This document shows, in pieces, positions 41,270 to 52,568 of a DNA stretch of 64,000 bases; the first letter of the stretch is position 1; every line of letters starts with the position of its first letter. The notes beneath the pieces are model-generated. The model did not search any database and was not told the origin of the DNA. It worked only from the letters and a program-made list of their open reading frames with translations. Source of the DNA: an uncultured cyanobacterium. GTDB taxonomy: Bacteria; Cyanobacteriota; Cyanobacteriia; Cyanobacteriales; CAWUOF01. The stretch covers positions 7,040,001-7,104,000 of the forward strand of contig CAVUSO010000001.1 in assembly GCA_963744145.1 (NCBI GenBank). Reading direction: 5' to 3'. The position numbers and the translations under genes are program-made.

Positions 41270-43126
41270 CTAAAAAAGATTATATTGGACGGAAAAATAT
41301 AGGCCATTTTCTTGCCAAGTTTTTGGTTTTGTACTGACATCAGTTAAGCCAATACCATAGTCAAAACTGGCAGTTAGGCGATCGCCTTGCTGAAATCTTA
41401 ATCCTAGTCCTACCGCAAACAAGGAGCTAGGACTTGGATCTTGTGTTGCGACATTCCATGCAGTGCCAAAATCAAAAAACGGTACTAATTGGAAAAGACC
41501 ATTATTATGAGGAAGACGGTAAATTGGATAGCGAAGTTCGGCTGAAGCAAATACACCACTATCGCTTAATAATAAGTCTTGACGATAACCACGGACACTT
41601 TCTAAACCACCTAAACCAAATTGTTCAATCGGGACTAAAGCATCTGCGGCTACCTGAATATCAGAACGCAGTAATAAGGTTGTATCTGGTGCTAACAGAC
41701 GTAAATATTGTAACTGACCGCGCCAATAAAAAAAGCGACTATCCGGCAAACTTTTATTAATTGTCGCATCAGCTACTCCGACTCCGACATTAAACTGAGA
41801 GCGACCAGCAAATACTTGTTGAGCATCACGCTGAGTAAATTCTTGATAAAGTCTCAGAGCCATAATCCGAGTTCTTCCCTGAGAATCTGCTCCTGCAGAT
41901 AGAGGAAAGCCCACACCTAATAAAGAAGTATCACTTTCTCTTCTCGCTGCGGTAATTCCTACTGCAAAATCTTTAGTTGGTGTTTGTAATAGAGGTTGAC
42001 GAAAACCGATTTCATAGTTACTAGAATGTGCTTCAATATCTACCGCATCAAAGGGTTTTTCAATAATGGTACTAAAGGTCGTATTATAATCTAAGTTGAT
42101 CGTACCATTCCGAGCATTGACAGGGATTTTGTAGCTAGCATCTAGTTCATTACTACCATCGGTATTAGCATAAGTAACACTGAAACTATCTCCTAATCCA
42201 GTGACATTACCTTCGCTAATTTGTAATCCTCTCCGGAAAGTCCCGACACTGGGCGATCGCCCATTATCTGTCCGTAATTGGACTTGAAAAGTATTTGCTT
42301 CGGTAATCTTTACTTCTAATAAACTTTGTCCTGGACGCGAACCGGCTGATAATTCGGCTGAAAGATTTTTAATCAGGGGGTCTAATTGTAATAATTGTAA
42401 AGCTTCTAACAAACGAGGTACTTTTAAAGGTTTACCTGTTGCTAATGCTAAACGACTCCGAACATAACCGGAATTCAGACGTTTATTTCCCGTCACTTTA
42501 ATATCTTCTAATTCCCCTTCCACTACCTGGATTTTGACCACATCACCTTCTAGAGTTTGGGGAGGAATAAAAGCACCCGAAGTCACATAACCGTTGTCTA
42601 TATATAGTTTTGTTACGGCTGAACGAGCGTTCAATAGTTCCGCAAAACTAATCTTTTTGTCAGTGAACTCTTTGAGGATTTTGTCAAAGTCTGCTTGACT
42701 GAAAACTGTGCTACCTAGAACCTCAAATTTTTTCACTACAATCGTTCCAGGAATATTTGGGATCTCTTGATTTGGGCTGGGAGTTATCGGTGGATTTTTT
42801 AGGAGGTCTTCCGGAGGGGGTAACAGGGGAGGGGTTTGTAGTGGTGGTGGATTAATGGGCTGAATGGGCTGAATTTGGTTTGGTCTAATCTGTCCTAATT
42901 CTACTGTCTGTGCTTGTCCTGGAGTGCCATATAAGGGTAAATAATAAAAACTTAATCCTAATAAACTGCTGATTAAGTATAAATTACTTTTGTTGGTCAT
43001 TTTTTTACTTTCACTTTTTTGTTCTTGATCACTAAATTTTTCACCTTTGAATTGCCAATTAAGACTCGATAAGATATTTGGGCAATCTTGGTGCAGAGTC
43101 AACCTCGGTAAAATTTTGAAGTACAT
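41270..43126 (-). CDS. ShlB/FhaC/HecB (TpsB) outer-membrane secretion protein (start may be 43000)
   Basis: POTRA motif LYIDNGYVTSGA, DNGRSPSVG, VRGY motif, C-terminal GLYFSVQYNLF. Confidence 0.92.
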   Translation of the reverse strand: MYFKILPRLTLHQDCPNILSSLNWQFKGEKFSDQEQKSESKKMTNKSNLYLISSLLGLSFYYLPLYGTPGQAQTVELGQIRPNQIQPIQPINPPPLQTPPLLPPPEDLLKNPPITPSPNQEIPNIPGTIVVKKFEVLGSTVFSQADFDKILKEFTDKKISFAELLNARSAVTKLYIDNGYVTSGAFIPPQTLEGDVVKIQVVEGELEDIKVTGNKRLNSGYVRSRLALATGKPLKVPRLLEALQLLQLDPLIKNLSAELSAGSRPGQSLLEVKITEANTFQVQLRTDNGRSPSVGTFRRGLQISEGNVTGLGDSFSVTYANTDGSNELDASYKIPVNARNGTINLDYNTTFSTIIEKPFDAVDIEAHSSNYEIGFRQPLLQTPTKDFAVGITAARRESDTSLLGVGFPLSAGADSQGRTRIMALRLYQEFTQRDAQQVFAGRSQFNVGVGVADATINKSLPDSRFFYWRGQLQYLRLLAPDTTLLLRSDIQVAADALVPIEQFGLGGLESVRGYRQDLLLSDSGVFASAELRYPIYRLPHNNGLFQLVPFFDFGTAWNVATQDPSPSSLFAVGLGLRFQQGDRLTASFDYGIGLTDVSTKPKTWQENGLYFSVQYNLF

Positions 43127-43501
43127 GGGTGGGAACTTCTCTCAAGGAACATTTTACTTATGCCAAAAATATACATGGGGAAACAGTCTGACTGAGAAAA
43201 TGCTAAGTAAATTTTTGATAACGATTTTTTATCACTTTATGTAGACTTAACTAACCAAAAGCAGGATTATAACAAAAATAAATAAAAAAAAGTTATTCAC
43301 TTCTGCCATAATTTCTTTATTTTTGCAAAAATCGACCATGAAAACGAATTTGGTGATGCAGTTTGATCTGCATATTATTGCACCCTAGATGGAAATTTTG
43401 GATTAGATGGACCCTGAGCTATGATACAAATCCTAAACAAGTAAAGCATATAATAGCTCAAATTGCTCCTAGATTATTCATCTAACCAACTGGATTAAAT
43501 T

Positions 43502-45929
43502 TTGACGGATCTACAAAATCACCAACAAATTCCGCCCTCAAGTTGGCAACGTCCCATTGGTTTAGGTTGGGACAAACCCTATACTGTTCGTTATGCAAGT
43601 AACTTAGATGATGGTCCTTGGCACGGAATGCCCTTGGGAGGGTTTGGTGCCGGGTGTATCGGTCGATCGCCAAGAGGAGATTTTAACCTATGGCATATTG
43701 ACGGGGGAGAACATATTTTCCGCACTCTGCCCGCTTGTCAATTTAGTATCTATGAAGAAGCAAATCATCAGCGACGGGCTTTTGCTCTCTCTACCCAACC
43801 CCCAGAAGATAAAAGTCTAGCCTCATGGAATTGGTATCCTGCTTCAGTCAATGATCGCGATCGCAGCACGGGCACATACCATGCACTTTATCCCCGCAGT
43901 TGGTTTGTTTATCAAAATGTCTTTCAAGCTGAACTAACTTGCGAACAATTTTCACCGATCTGGGCAGGTAATTACCAAGAAACTAGCTATCCGGTAGCCA
44001 TTTTTGAGTGGACAGCACATAATCCTACCGATGCTCCCATTACTTTAAGTATTATGCTGACTTGGCAAAATACCGTGGGATGGTTTACCAATCAGAGCAA
44101 AGAACCAGAAGTAATTGTTCGAGATGATGGTAGTCCAGTTTATCAATATCAACCTAAATGGGGAGAAAGTGCTGGAAATTGTAACATTCTGGTCGAAGAC
44201 TTTCATCGTCTCGGTTGTTTATTAACCAAATTGGATATAGGGGATGAGGTAGAAGAAGGACAAGGACAATGGGCGATCGCCACGGTAACTAATCCCAGTG
44301 TCGAAGTTTATTATCATACACGCTGGAATCCAGCCGGGACTGGGGAAGAACTCTGGAATACTTTTAGTTTAGATGGTTCACTCCCTGATGCCCAAGATGA
44401 AACCCCGGTAACAATTGGACAACAATTAGGAGCAGCGATCGCAGTTCGTTTCACGATCCGACCTGGTAAAACTCGACAAATTCCCTTTATCCTTGCTTGG
44501 GATTTTCCAGTTACCGAATTTTTTCGGAATGTTAAATATTATCGTCGCTACACTGATTTTTTTGGTCGTAATGGGAAAGGCGCTTGGGGAATGATCCGGA
44601 CAGCACTCAAACATTACGAAACTTGGAGAGAGCAAATCAATGAATGGCAACAACCAATCCTTAAGCGTCCAGATTTACCAGATTGGTTCAAAATGGCATT
44701 ATTTAACGAACTCTATAACCTCTCCAGTGGTGGTTCCCTATGGACAGCAGCGACAGAAAAAGATCCGAAAGGACAATTTGCGATTCTTGAATGTCTGGAT
44801 TATCGCTGGTATGAAAGCTTAGATGTTCGTCTATATGGTTCTTTTGGATTAGCCAAACTTTGATCCAGAATTAGAAAAATCGGTGATTCTGGCTTTTGCA
44901 CGGGCCATTCCTACAGCCGATCATACCCAAAGAATCATTGGTTATAACCAAGCGTCAGCAGTACGGAAAATTGCTGGTGCTACTCCCCATGACTTAGGGG
45001 CCCCGAATGAACATCCTTGGGAAAAAACTAATTATACGAGCTATCAAGATTGCAATCTCTGGAAAGATTTACCCTGTGATTTTGTCTTACAGGTTTATCG
45101 AGATTTTTTGTTTACTGGTAGCACAGACTATGAGTTTTTATGGGAATGTTGGCCCGCGATTGTCGCCACCTTAGCCTATCTGAAAACCTTTGATCATGAT
45201 GGAGATGGGATTCCTGAAAATAGTGGGGCTCCTGACCAAACCTTTGATGATTGGCAACTTAAAGGAGTTAGTGCTTATTGTGGAGGTTTATGGTTAGCTG
45301 CATTAGAAGCAGCGATCGCGATCGGTCAAACCTTAGAAGCATCTGGTTATACTGGACCCTTAGTAGCTTATGGGGAAGAAAAAATTACTAATTACCAATT
45401 ACCTATTACCACCTATCAAACCTGGTTGGCTCAAGCCCGTCCTATATATCAGGAAAAATTATGGAACGGACAATATTACCGACTTGATAGCGAAAGTGGT
45501 TCAGATGTGGTAATGGCTGATCAACTTTGTGGACAATTTTATGCCAATTTGCTGAATCTACCAGATCTTGTACCCAGGGAATGCGTAAAATCAGCATTGC
45601 AAACTATTTATGAAGCTTGTTTTTTAAAATTCCATCAAGGTCAGTTTGGTGTTGCTAATGGAGTTAGACCTGATGGTACTCCAGTTAATCCCCAAGCTAC
45701 CCATCCCTTAGAAGTCTGGATTGGGATTAATTTTGGATTAGCTGCTTTGATGAGTCAGATGGAAATGAACACAGAAGCTTTCCAAATTACTGAAGCTGTG
45801 GTACATCAAATCTACGACAACGGTTTACAGTTCCGGACTCCCGAAGCGATTACAGCCCATTCGACGTTTCGTGCTAGTCATTACCTCAGAGCATTGGCAA
45901 TTTGGGCGATTATGTCCTCATCCAAATAA
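43502..45929 (+). CDS. GH116 (GBA2-like) beta-glucosidase, frameshift at about 44862 (probable sequencing error)
   Basis: GMPLGGFGAG, ECLDYRWYESLDV, PHDLGAP, WKDL, PDQTFDDW, MADQLCG; two adjacent ORFs. Confidence 0.88.
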
Positions 45930-45962
45930 TATCGGGGTAATTAGCAGTAGCAAAAATACCTA

Positions 45963-46080
45963 GGACAGTCATCTTGACTGTCCCACAAAAGTCATTTTTT
46001 CTGGTGGGACAGACATCTTGTCTGTCCAGAATCTTGTCTGGTGGGACAGACATCTTGTCTGTCCAAATTCTTGTCTGTCA
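45963..46080. repeat. Tandem REP-like palindromes
   Basis: GGACAG.CATCTTG.CTGTCC three times; CTGGTGGGACAGACATCTTGTCTGTCC twice. Confidence 0.8.
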
Positions 46081-46103
46081 CCCCTACTGGATTTATCTGA
46101 TTC

Positions 46104-47558
46104 ATGGTTCCATTTTTACCTCTCTTTCCGCTAGCACAGGTGACTCCGAGTCCTCAACCACCAGTGATTCCACCCGTAACAGTACCTGTATTACCACCTC
46201 CAGAATCAGTACCACGATTGGAAACATTACCCCAATTAGAACCATTACCACCACAAGAGGTCATCGAATCAACCGAAGTTCGTCCTCTCCCAGGGAAACT
46301 GGATGAAATTCCGGTATTTAATAGCAATAGTCCGGAATTAGTGCAAACAGAAGGCATTTTACTATCTACTTTTCCACCTGACCATAAAAAAGTTCCTGCT
46401 GCACATTTGAATTTTCCTTTTCAAGGACGCTTTGATATTTTTTCTCACCATATCGTTAAAGCGAGAACTTTAGCCCAAACCCGTACTCTGTTTCAGGGCA
46501 TATTAATATATAACCCCAGTGCCAATCCAGTCAAGCTAGATATTTTACAGGGTGCCACTTATTTAACTTCTCCTGATGCACTATTTTTAGATTTACCAGA
46601 TTTGGTGGAAAATCCTGTCGGAAAAGTTTATGCAGGACCCGGAAGTCGCACGGTGAATGATGTTTTACGTCAGCTTAGACAAGCATTTTTACCTCCCTTC
46701 CTGATCATTCCACCACAACAAACAGTCACGTTAATAAATTTGCCTATTCCTTTGGGCAAAGTTGTCCCTACTTCTAATGGTCGCTCAACTCTAATTCGCT
46801 TGTCGAGTAGCGGTCCAGTTTATGTAGCTAATTTAGCCATGTTTGCTCCTCTTAATCCCAATGGTAGTGAAAGACCTCCAACTTCAGCAGAATGGCAAAA
46901 ACTACTCAATGATGGGGGATTAGCAGGACCAAGAGATCAATTACCAACTCCTTTGGAACAGTCATTAGGTAATATAGTTTATGGTCGGGTTGCGGGTGTG
47001 GCTCAGGGATCGCAATGGAATGGGCTGATTACTGATAATCCTCAGATCGATTTTTTAAGTATTCCTCTACCAGGACAATCCTTTTCCTATGTTTTAGATA
47101 CTGTGCCAGAAGTTACCTTTGGTACTGGTCAAATTCAAAGTGCTCCCATGTTAGCTCGTTATCCAGATACGGCTTATTTTGCTCACGGAAATTATGGCAT
47201 TGAATATAATTTGACCTTGCCTTTATCTAATTTAACTGATGAAACCCAGATGGTTATAGTTAAATTATCTACACCTTTGAAAGCTGATGAGCCAGCTGAA
47301 GGTTTATTGTTTGTTAAACCTCGCGATCGCGAGGTTTTCTTTCGCGGTACGGTGAAAGTGAGTTTTAATGATGAGCATGGTCTGACTCAAAGTCGCTATG
47401 TCCATTTAGTCCAGCGACGTGGACAACCAGGAGAACCTTTGGTCAGATTATCTATGGCTCCTAAGTCTCGTACTATGGTACAGGTCGATTTTCTTTATCC
47501 CCCTGATTCTACTCCCCCTCAAGTGTTGATGATCAAAACCTTGAATTTGTCTAATTAA
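46104..47558 (+). CDS. DUF3370 family protein
   Basis: VRPLPGKLD.IPVFNSNSPE, EGILLSTFP, AHGNYG, YPPDSTPPQVL. Confidence 0.85.
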   Translation: MVPFLPLFPLAQVTPSPQPPVIPPVTVPVLPPPESVPRLETLPQLEPLPPQEVIESTEVRPLPGKLDEIPVFNSNSPELVQTEGILLSTFPPDHKKVPAAHLNFPFQGRFDIFSHHIVKARTLAQTRTLFQGILIYNPSANPVKLDILQGATYLTSPDALFLDLPDLVENPVGKVYAGPGSRTVNDVLRQLRQAFLPPFLIIPPQQTVTLINLPIPLGKVVPTSNGRSTLIRLSSSGPVYVANLAMFAPLNPNGSERPPTSAEWQKLLNDGGLAGPRDQLPTPLEQSLGNIVYGRVAGVAQGSQWNGLITDNPQIDFLSIPLPGQSFSYVLDTVPEVTFGTGQIQSAPMLARYPDTAYFAHGNYGIEYNLTLPLSNLTDETQMVIVKLSTPLKADEPAEGLLFVKPRDREVFFRGTVKVSFNDEHGLTQSRYVHLVQRRGQPGEPLVRLSMAPKSRTMVQVDFLYPPDSTPPQVLMIKTLNLSN

Positions 47559-47580
47559 TGATGGCGATCATTAATTGTTA

Positions 47581-48120
47581 CTATTTCTCGGCGATCGCTT
47601 GTCTTAATACATTGCAGATTAATTGTTTTTGCTCGTCATCATAACCCCATCCAGCAAAAAATTCTTGATATTTTCCTGTACCAGTAGCAGCACTTTCTGA
47701 TAATTGAGTAGCGATTTCATATACACTCGGAAGTTGAACTAATTTGATTAAATTGGCTGTTCTCTGTTTGACTCGTTCTGACCCTATAGCCATCTCTTCG
47801 TTGCCGTGCCGACGATGGGTCAGGGCCATAGCCGCAGACATGGCCAAATTTTTCACTAATAATTCTGCAACATCATCTCCAGATAACTGTAAGGCTTTGA
47901 TTATTTCTGGTGGAGGTTGATCGGCTAAGATTGATTCAGCAGTGAGATAAGTGACAAAAAATCCTCGCTTCCCGTTATTGGTTGTCACTAAGGTAGTGAT
48001 TGCTTCGATTAATTCGGTGGGGTCGATTTTTCCGGTTTCTACCGCAGCTACTAATGACTGAGTTAGGGCGATCGCTTCGGAAAATGTGATTGTTTTCTGA
48101 CTTTGCCAAACTTTTTCCAT
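47581..48120 (-). CDS. Conserved cyanobacterial hypothetical protein
   Basis: G.RGFFVTYLT, LLVKNLAMSAAM, WGYD.EQ motifs. Confidence 0.8.
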   Translation of the reverse strand: MEKVWQSQKTITFSEAIALTQSLVAAVETGKIDPTELIEAITTLVTTNNGKRGFFVTYLTAESILADQPPPEIIKALQLSGDDVAELLVKNLAMSAAMALTHRRHGNEEMAIGSERVKQRTANLIKLVQLPSVYEIATQLSESAATGTGKYQEFFAGWGYDDEQKQLICNVLRQAIAEK

Positions 48121-48248
48121 GCCTAATTTTTCTGTGAAAATGTCTTTATTTTTACTTTAGTACATTTTTCTCGATCAAAGATTTTTTGTGCTGACTTGGC
48201 TAGAGCAGATTATAATGAATCATATTAATAGCCACTGGGGTAGCAATC

Positions 48249-48782
48249 ATGGCTTACATATGCGATATTGGCAATGCTCAACAAGTAAAGATGGTGAATC
48301 AGGGACTGCAAACTTTGATTACAGTTTCGATGAGCGCACATGGACAACAACAACAAGCGAGTACCGGTTTTACCACAGGTAATTGGACTACACCACCGAG
48401 AGTTTTTCGGACTGGTGGTAGTGTGGTGTTGGAAATTGATGGAGAACAGGGGCAGTTTTTTGTGTTAGTACAAGGAAATGGAATTAGCACTTTAAATACT
48501 AAACCTTCTTTGGGAAATGCTGATGTTTTACCTTTAGAGAAAGTACCTGATCAATCAGAACCTTTAATTTCCCCCATGTCACCCATGAAACCAATGGAAC
48601 CGATGAAAATGGGAAATATGGAAATACAAATGAATCCCATGCAAATGAAAATGGGAAATATGGAAATGCAAATCGGGACCCCATTGTCACCACCAGCAAA
48701 AAAGAATTTCTGCTCTCAATGTGGAGTCGCGATCGGGATTAGCGATCGCTTTTGTACTAATTGTGGTCAACCTTTACCTTAA
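48249..48782 (+). CDS. Zinc-ribbon domain protein with Met-rich segment
   Basis: C-terminal FCSQCG...FCTNCG; PMKPMEPMKMGNMEIQM repeats. Confidence 0.85.
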   Translation: MAYICDIGNAQQVKMVNQGLQTLITVSMSAHGQQQQASTGFTTGNWTTPPRVFRTGGSVVLEIDGEQGQFFVLVQGNGISTLNTKPSLGNADVLPLEKVPDQSEPLISPMSPMKPMEPMKMGNMEIQMNPMQMKMGNMEMQIGTPLSPPAKKNFCSQCGVAIGISDRFCTNCGQPLP

Positions 48783-49195
48783 TTTGAGCAGATTTAGGCG
48801 ATTGGGATGATTAATATTTTATTGATGCGATCGCAAGTCCCGACCATAGGGATTACTTGGGTGCGATCGCGCTCTAAATAACCCTATTAAATCTGAGGGT
48901 GCATCATATAGGTTTGAACACTGAAATTAAGACATAATAAATTTTTTAGCAAGTAATCTCTCCTATATTTTGGTAAGAAAATATTATTGTGCTGTTAGCT
49001 TTGATTTATTTTAAACAAAAAATTTAATTCCAGACTTTTGAGAATTTCATAATAGAAAAATTCCTGAATGAGTATAATGACTCACAAAAATGAACATACC
49101 TATTTTTTAATAAAAAAACTTCCGGATTAATGTTGATGAGTATGAAATGTTGGTTATAGAAATAACTCACTGCATAAATCTACCATAAAGAAGCT

Positions 49196-50140
49196 ATGGC
49201 CAAAACTGCGACAAAAGTTAACTATGGAAAATGGAGCGTGATTGTAACCCTTATAATCGGGATTCCTGGTGCAATTGCTGGATATTTAACTTTTCCTCAA
49301 GTTGGTTGCGAAATAGGTCTAAATACATCAGCCTGTGCAGTTCCGCAAAAAGACGTTGAATTTGTCACTCAAGCAGAATCAGGAGAACTACTACAAGGTG
49401 TAGCGGTTAATGTGATCGCTAATAAGGGAGCCCCTGAAGTTCAATATAGTGATGCTCATGGTTATGTCAAGGTTAACATTCCAAGTAAAGGAAATGTTCG
49501 GATTATCTTAAGTAAGCAAGGTTATCCAACACAAGATTTCAGTCTTAACTTAGAAAACAACCAAGATACGATTAGAACTATTAAGTTTAGTACATCAGGT
49601 GAACCCAGCGTTCAGCCAGTTGCATCGTTGCCTCCAACCTCTAGCCCTACGGTTTCACCCAGTTCTACTAGTTCACCTAGTCCTACTAGTTCACCCAGTT
49701 CTACTAATTCACCCAGTCCTAATGGTTTAATACTTCCCGGTAATTTTGTAAAAGTGGATGGTAGTGTAACTTGGGAACTAAAAAAATGTGCAAGAAAACA
49801 AACAGATGTTAGTTGCTCTTTTGCACTTACTACTAGTGCCGAACGTGAAAATTATACTTTACAGCTAGATAGTTCCACCAAGATGACAGATCATTTTGGT
49901 CATGAATATTTTGTAAGTAATGCAATTTTTGTGGACAACAAGGCTGGTAAAAATAATAGTTTATCACACGAAATGCAAAATGGTTCAGTTTACCTTACCA
50001 GCATTGATTTTGAAAAAATTCCTATTTCAGTTATTGAAGTAAATTCGTTAATAATAAGAGCAATAGACAACCGGATAGGAGGATATGGTAATGAAATAAA
50101 ATTTGACAAAGTTTCTATCGAAGGAAGTGATAAAAAATAA
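49196..50140 (+). CDS. Hypothetical membrane-anchored protein with carboxypeptidase-regulatory-like domain and Ser/Pro linker
   Basis: N-terminal TM segment, SDAHGYV...SKQGY, SPSPTS repeats. Confidence 0.7.
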   Translation: MAKTATKVNYGKWSVIVTLIIGIPGAIAGYLTFPQVGCEIGLNTSACAVPQKDVEFVTQAESGELLQGVAVNVIANKGAPEVQYSDAHGYVKVNIPSKGNVRIILSKQGYPTQDFSLNLENNQDTIRTIKFSTSGEPSVQPVASLPPTSSPTVSPSSTSSPSPTSSPSSTNSPSPNGLILPGNFVKVDGSVTWELKKCARKQTDVSCSFALTTSAERENYTLQLDSSTKMTDHFGHEYFVSNAIFVDNKAGKNNSLSHEMQNGSVYLTSIDFEKIPISVIEVNSLIIRAIDNRIGGYGNEIKFDKVSIEGSDKK

Positions 50141-50233
50141 CTAGAATGTGAATAGAATGAACATCATAATTCTAGATATTTGCTGATGGATGTATCAAAG
50201 TTTTAATAGCAACAAAAAAATTAGGAGCGCAAC

Positions 50234-50725
50234 ATGAGTCTCAAAGATTTAGGAATCTCTCTAGGAAAAGATGAAGAAATTATCGCAGAATCTTTATTTT
50301 CCTATTCGATTTTATTGTTTTTTATTAAATATAGCGTATATGTAACAAATAAACGCTTTATTGCTCGTATACCTAAAGTAGTTCTCTTTTTGATACCCCT
50401 TGGAGGAGAGTTAGCAACATACCCATTACGAAACATATCCAATGTCACAACTAAAATAAACTATAAGTTAGTCCAATTGTTTGGAGCTGTACTCTTTACA
50501 ATATTTGGTTTTGATAATTTCACTCATACTCAATCTATACTTGGCTTCGCTATATTTCTATTTGGAGTTATAATGGCAGTTGCAAGTTTTGAAACCCTAA
50601 TCACTGTTGTAAGTGCTGGTGCTGTTGGTGCAAAATGCCCAATTGCTCTTTGGGAAAAAGAAACAGCTCTAAAGTTTACTAATAAAGTCAATCAAGCAAT
50701 TACAGAGATTGACTCGAATAGATAA
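50234..50725 (+). CDS. Hypothetical membrane protein (bacterial PH-like)
   Basis: AGGAG RBS; YVTNKRFI motif; two TM segments. Confidence 0.7.
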   Translation: MSLKDLGISLGKDEEIIAESLFSYSILLFFIKYSVYVTNKRFIARIPKVVLFLIPLGGELATYPLRNISNVTTKINYKLVQLFGAVLFTIFGFDNFTHTQSILGFAIFLFGVIMAVASFETLITVVSAGAVGAKCPIALWEKETALKFTNKVNQAITEIDSNR

Positions 50726-50826
50726 TATTCAGTCCGTGATTTCGTTCTGAGTAACCCTAGTAAATCTGAAAGTAGCGATCGCACATCCCAGAAAGATAGA
50801 CTGAGGGTCGAGCGATCGCATTTTAA

Positions 50827-51297
50827 TTAGTTAAAAATATTTGCTATAAGAAAAGTCAATAAAGTAGCACATAAAGGCATCATGAATAGTGCCGTAATAA
50901 AAGTTATGGCTAAATATATTATTCCTTTAGCCATTGAGCCTGATTGTGAAGGTTGGTGATCTCCTTTCCACCAATAAATCACCTCAAGTATGATTATGGC
51001 GATCAAAGGTGAACTAAACAATCCTATTAAGAATCCGATAATCCAGCCAAAAGGTAATGAGATTAACTGCCACTCAAACCCAACTTTTATAATTGTCAAA
51101 TAACCAATTAATAGAAATCCTATAGCTGATAATATAAATAAGATCCCACTTAATGCTCCCCCTTTATAAAGTATTTGACTGGCATAATATCCAACAGTAG
51201 AAGCAAAACTATGTGCAAAATTTATCAAGTTTATCAAGTTCCTGCAATAGGTATAAGAAAGTTTAAATCCTTTATTAATTATTGTATTAATATCCAT
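50827..51297 (-). CDS. Hypothetical multi-pass membrane protein
   Basis: 156-aa hydrophobic ORF with GGAG RBS. Confidence 0.65.
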   Translation of the reverse strand: MDINTIINKGFKLSYTYCRNLINLINFAHSFASTVGYYASQILYKGGALSGILFILSAIGFLLIGYLTIIKVGFEWQLISLPFGWIIGFLIGLFSSPLIAIIILEVIYWWKGDHQPSQSGSMAKGIIYLAITFITALFMMPLCATLLTFLIANIFN

Positions 51298-51681
51298 CAG
51301 ATTATCTCCGAAATATTAGGTATTTTGTAGGAAATTTTGATTATGGCTGTGGTGCTAAATATCTTCTAGCTATTTCTATTAAATTAACTTTTCTAGTTTA
51401 TCTGTGAATAATTAAGCTGGTTTTTCAACTGGCACAGTTTAACAGGATCATAGTTAAATAAGTTGGTTAGTTGGTCAAGAACTTTTGCTGCCAATTTGGG
51501 ATCTGGCACATTGACTGGTAAGGTTTTAGGTACTTTTATTCCAGGGGCGATCGCTACAAACTAAAATTTTGCTAGAATAACTGAATTGATTTTCCTAGCG
51601 ATGATTGAGCTATTAACCGATTAAATTATTAATTATGGAGATAGCGATCGCAGTTTCTAGTGGGGCAAAGACGGTAAGTAT

Positions 51682-52521
51682 ATGTCTAAGGTTGAACAAG
51701 AATTAATTAAAGTTGGAGAATTAGAATGGTTTTATCGAGAAGCACAGCCGATAGAAGCAACTGATCAACTACCAGTATTGCTGTTACATGGATTGCCATC
51801 TCAAAGTTATAGCTGGACTCAGATCATGCCGGACTTAGCTGATCAAGGATTTCGGGCGATCGCTCCCGATTGGATTGGTTTTGGCTTTTCGGGAAAACCA
51901 GAGTTATCCAATTTTGCCTATACTCCGGCAGCTTTTCTTTCTAGTTTATCAGATTTTATTGAAACTCTTAAGTTAGAAAAAGTTCACCTGGTTGTTCAAG
52001 GATATTTAGGCTCGGTAGGATTACAATATGCACTCCGAAATCCGGAAAAAATTGCCCGTTTAGCAATTTTAAATACTCCAGTTTCAACTACAGCTAAACT
52101 TCCCTGGATGATTAAACAAATGGGATTACCTTTGATCGGAGAAATGATGACGCAAGATCCTCTATTAGTTGATCGGACTTTAGAAAAAGGTAGTCGTTAT
52201 CAAATCTCTGATCAAGATTTAGATGTCTATCGCAAACCCTTTCTTAAAAGTTCTGCTTCCGGGCGATCGCTGTTAGCTACCATTCGTAATCTTCAACTCG
52301 AAGCAGCAATGGCAGAAATTGAATTTGGTTTACAACAGTGGAGTCAACCAACTTTAATTTTATGGGGAATATTAGACCCTTGGTTACCTATTTCTCAAGC
52401 TAATTTCCTAGCTAGTAAATTAACTAATGGGGAATTTGTGAAAATTCCCAAAGCAGGACACTACCCGCAAGAACATTGGTCAGAAAAAGTTAGTCATGCT
52501 CTGATTAACTTTCTGCGGTGA
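51682..52521 (+). CDS. Alpha/beta hydrolase (haloalkane dehalogenase-like)
   Basis: LLHGLPS, APDWIGFGFS, AGHYPQE. Confidence 0.88.
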   Translation: MSKVEQELIKVGELEWFYREAQPIEATDQLPVLLLHGLPSQSYSWTQIMPDLADQGFRAIAPDWIGFGFSGKPELSNFAYTPAAFLSSLSDFIETLKLEKVHLVVQGYLGSVGLQYALRNPEKIARLAILNTPVSTTAKLPWMIKQMGLPLIGEMMTQDPLLVDRTLEKGSRYQISDQDLDVYRKPFLKSSASGRSLLATIRNLQLEAAMAEIEFGLQQWSQPTLILWGILDPWLPISQANFLASKLTNGEFVKIPKAGHYPQEHWSEKVSHALINFLR

Positions 52522-52568
52522 TGATTTTGACTGGGTAAGAATTGGTGGGAGTGAGCAATCGAAAATAT

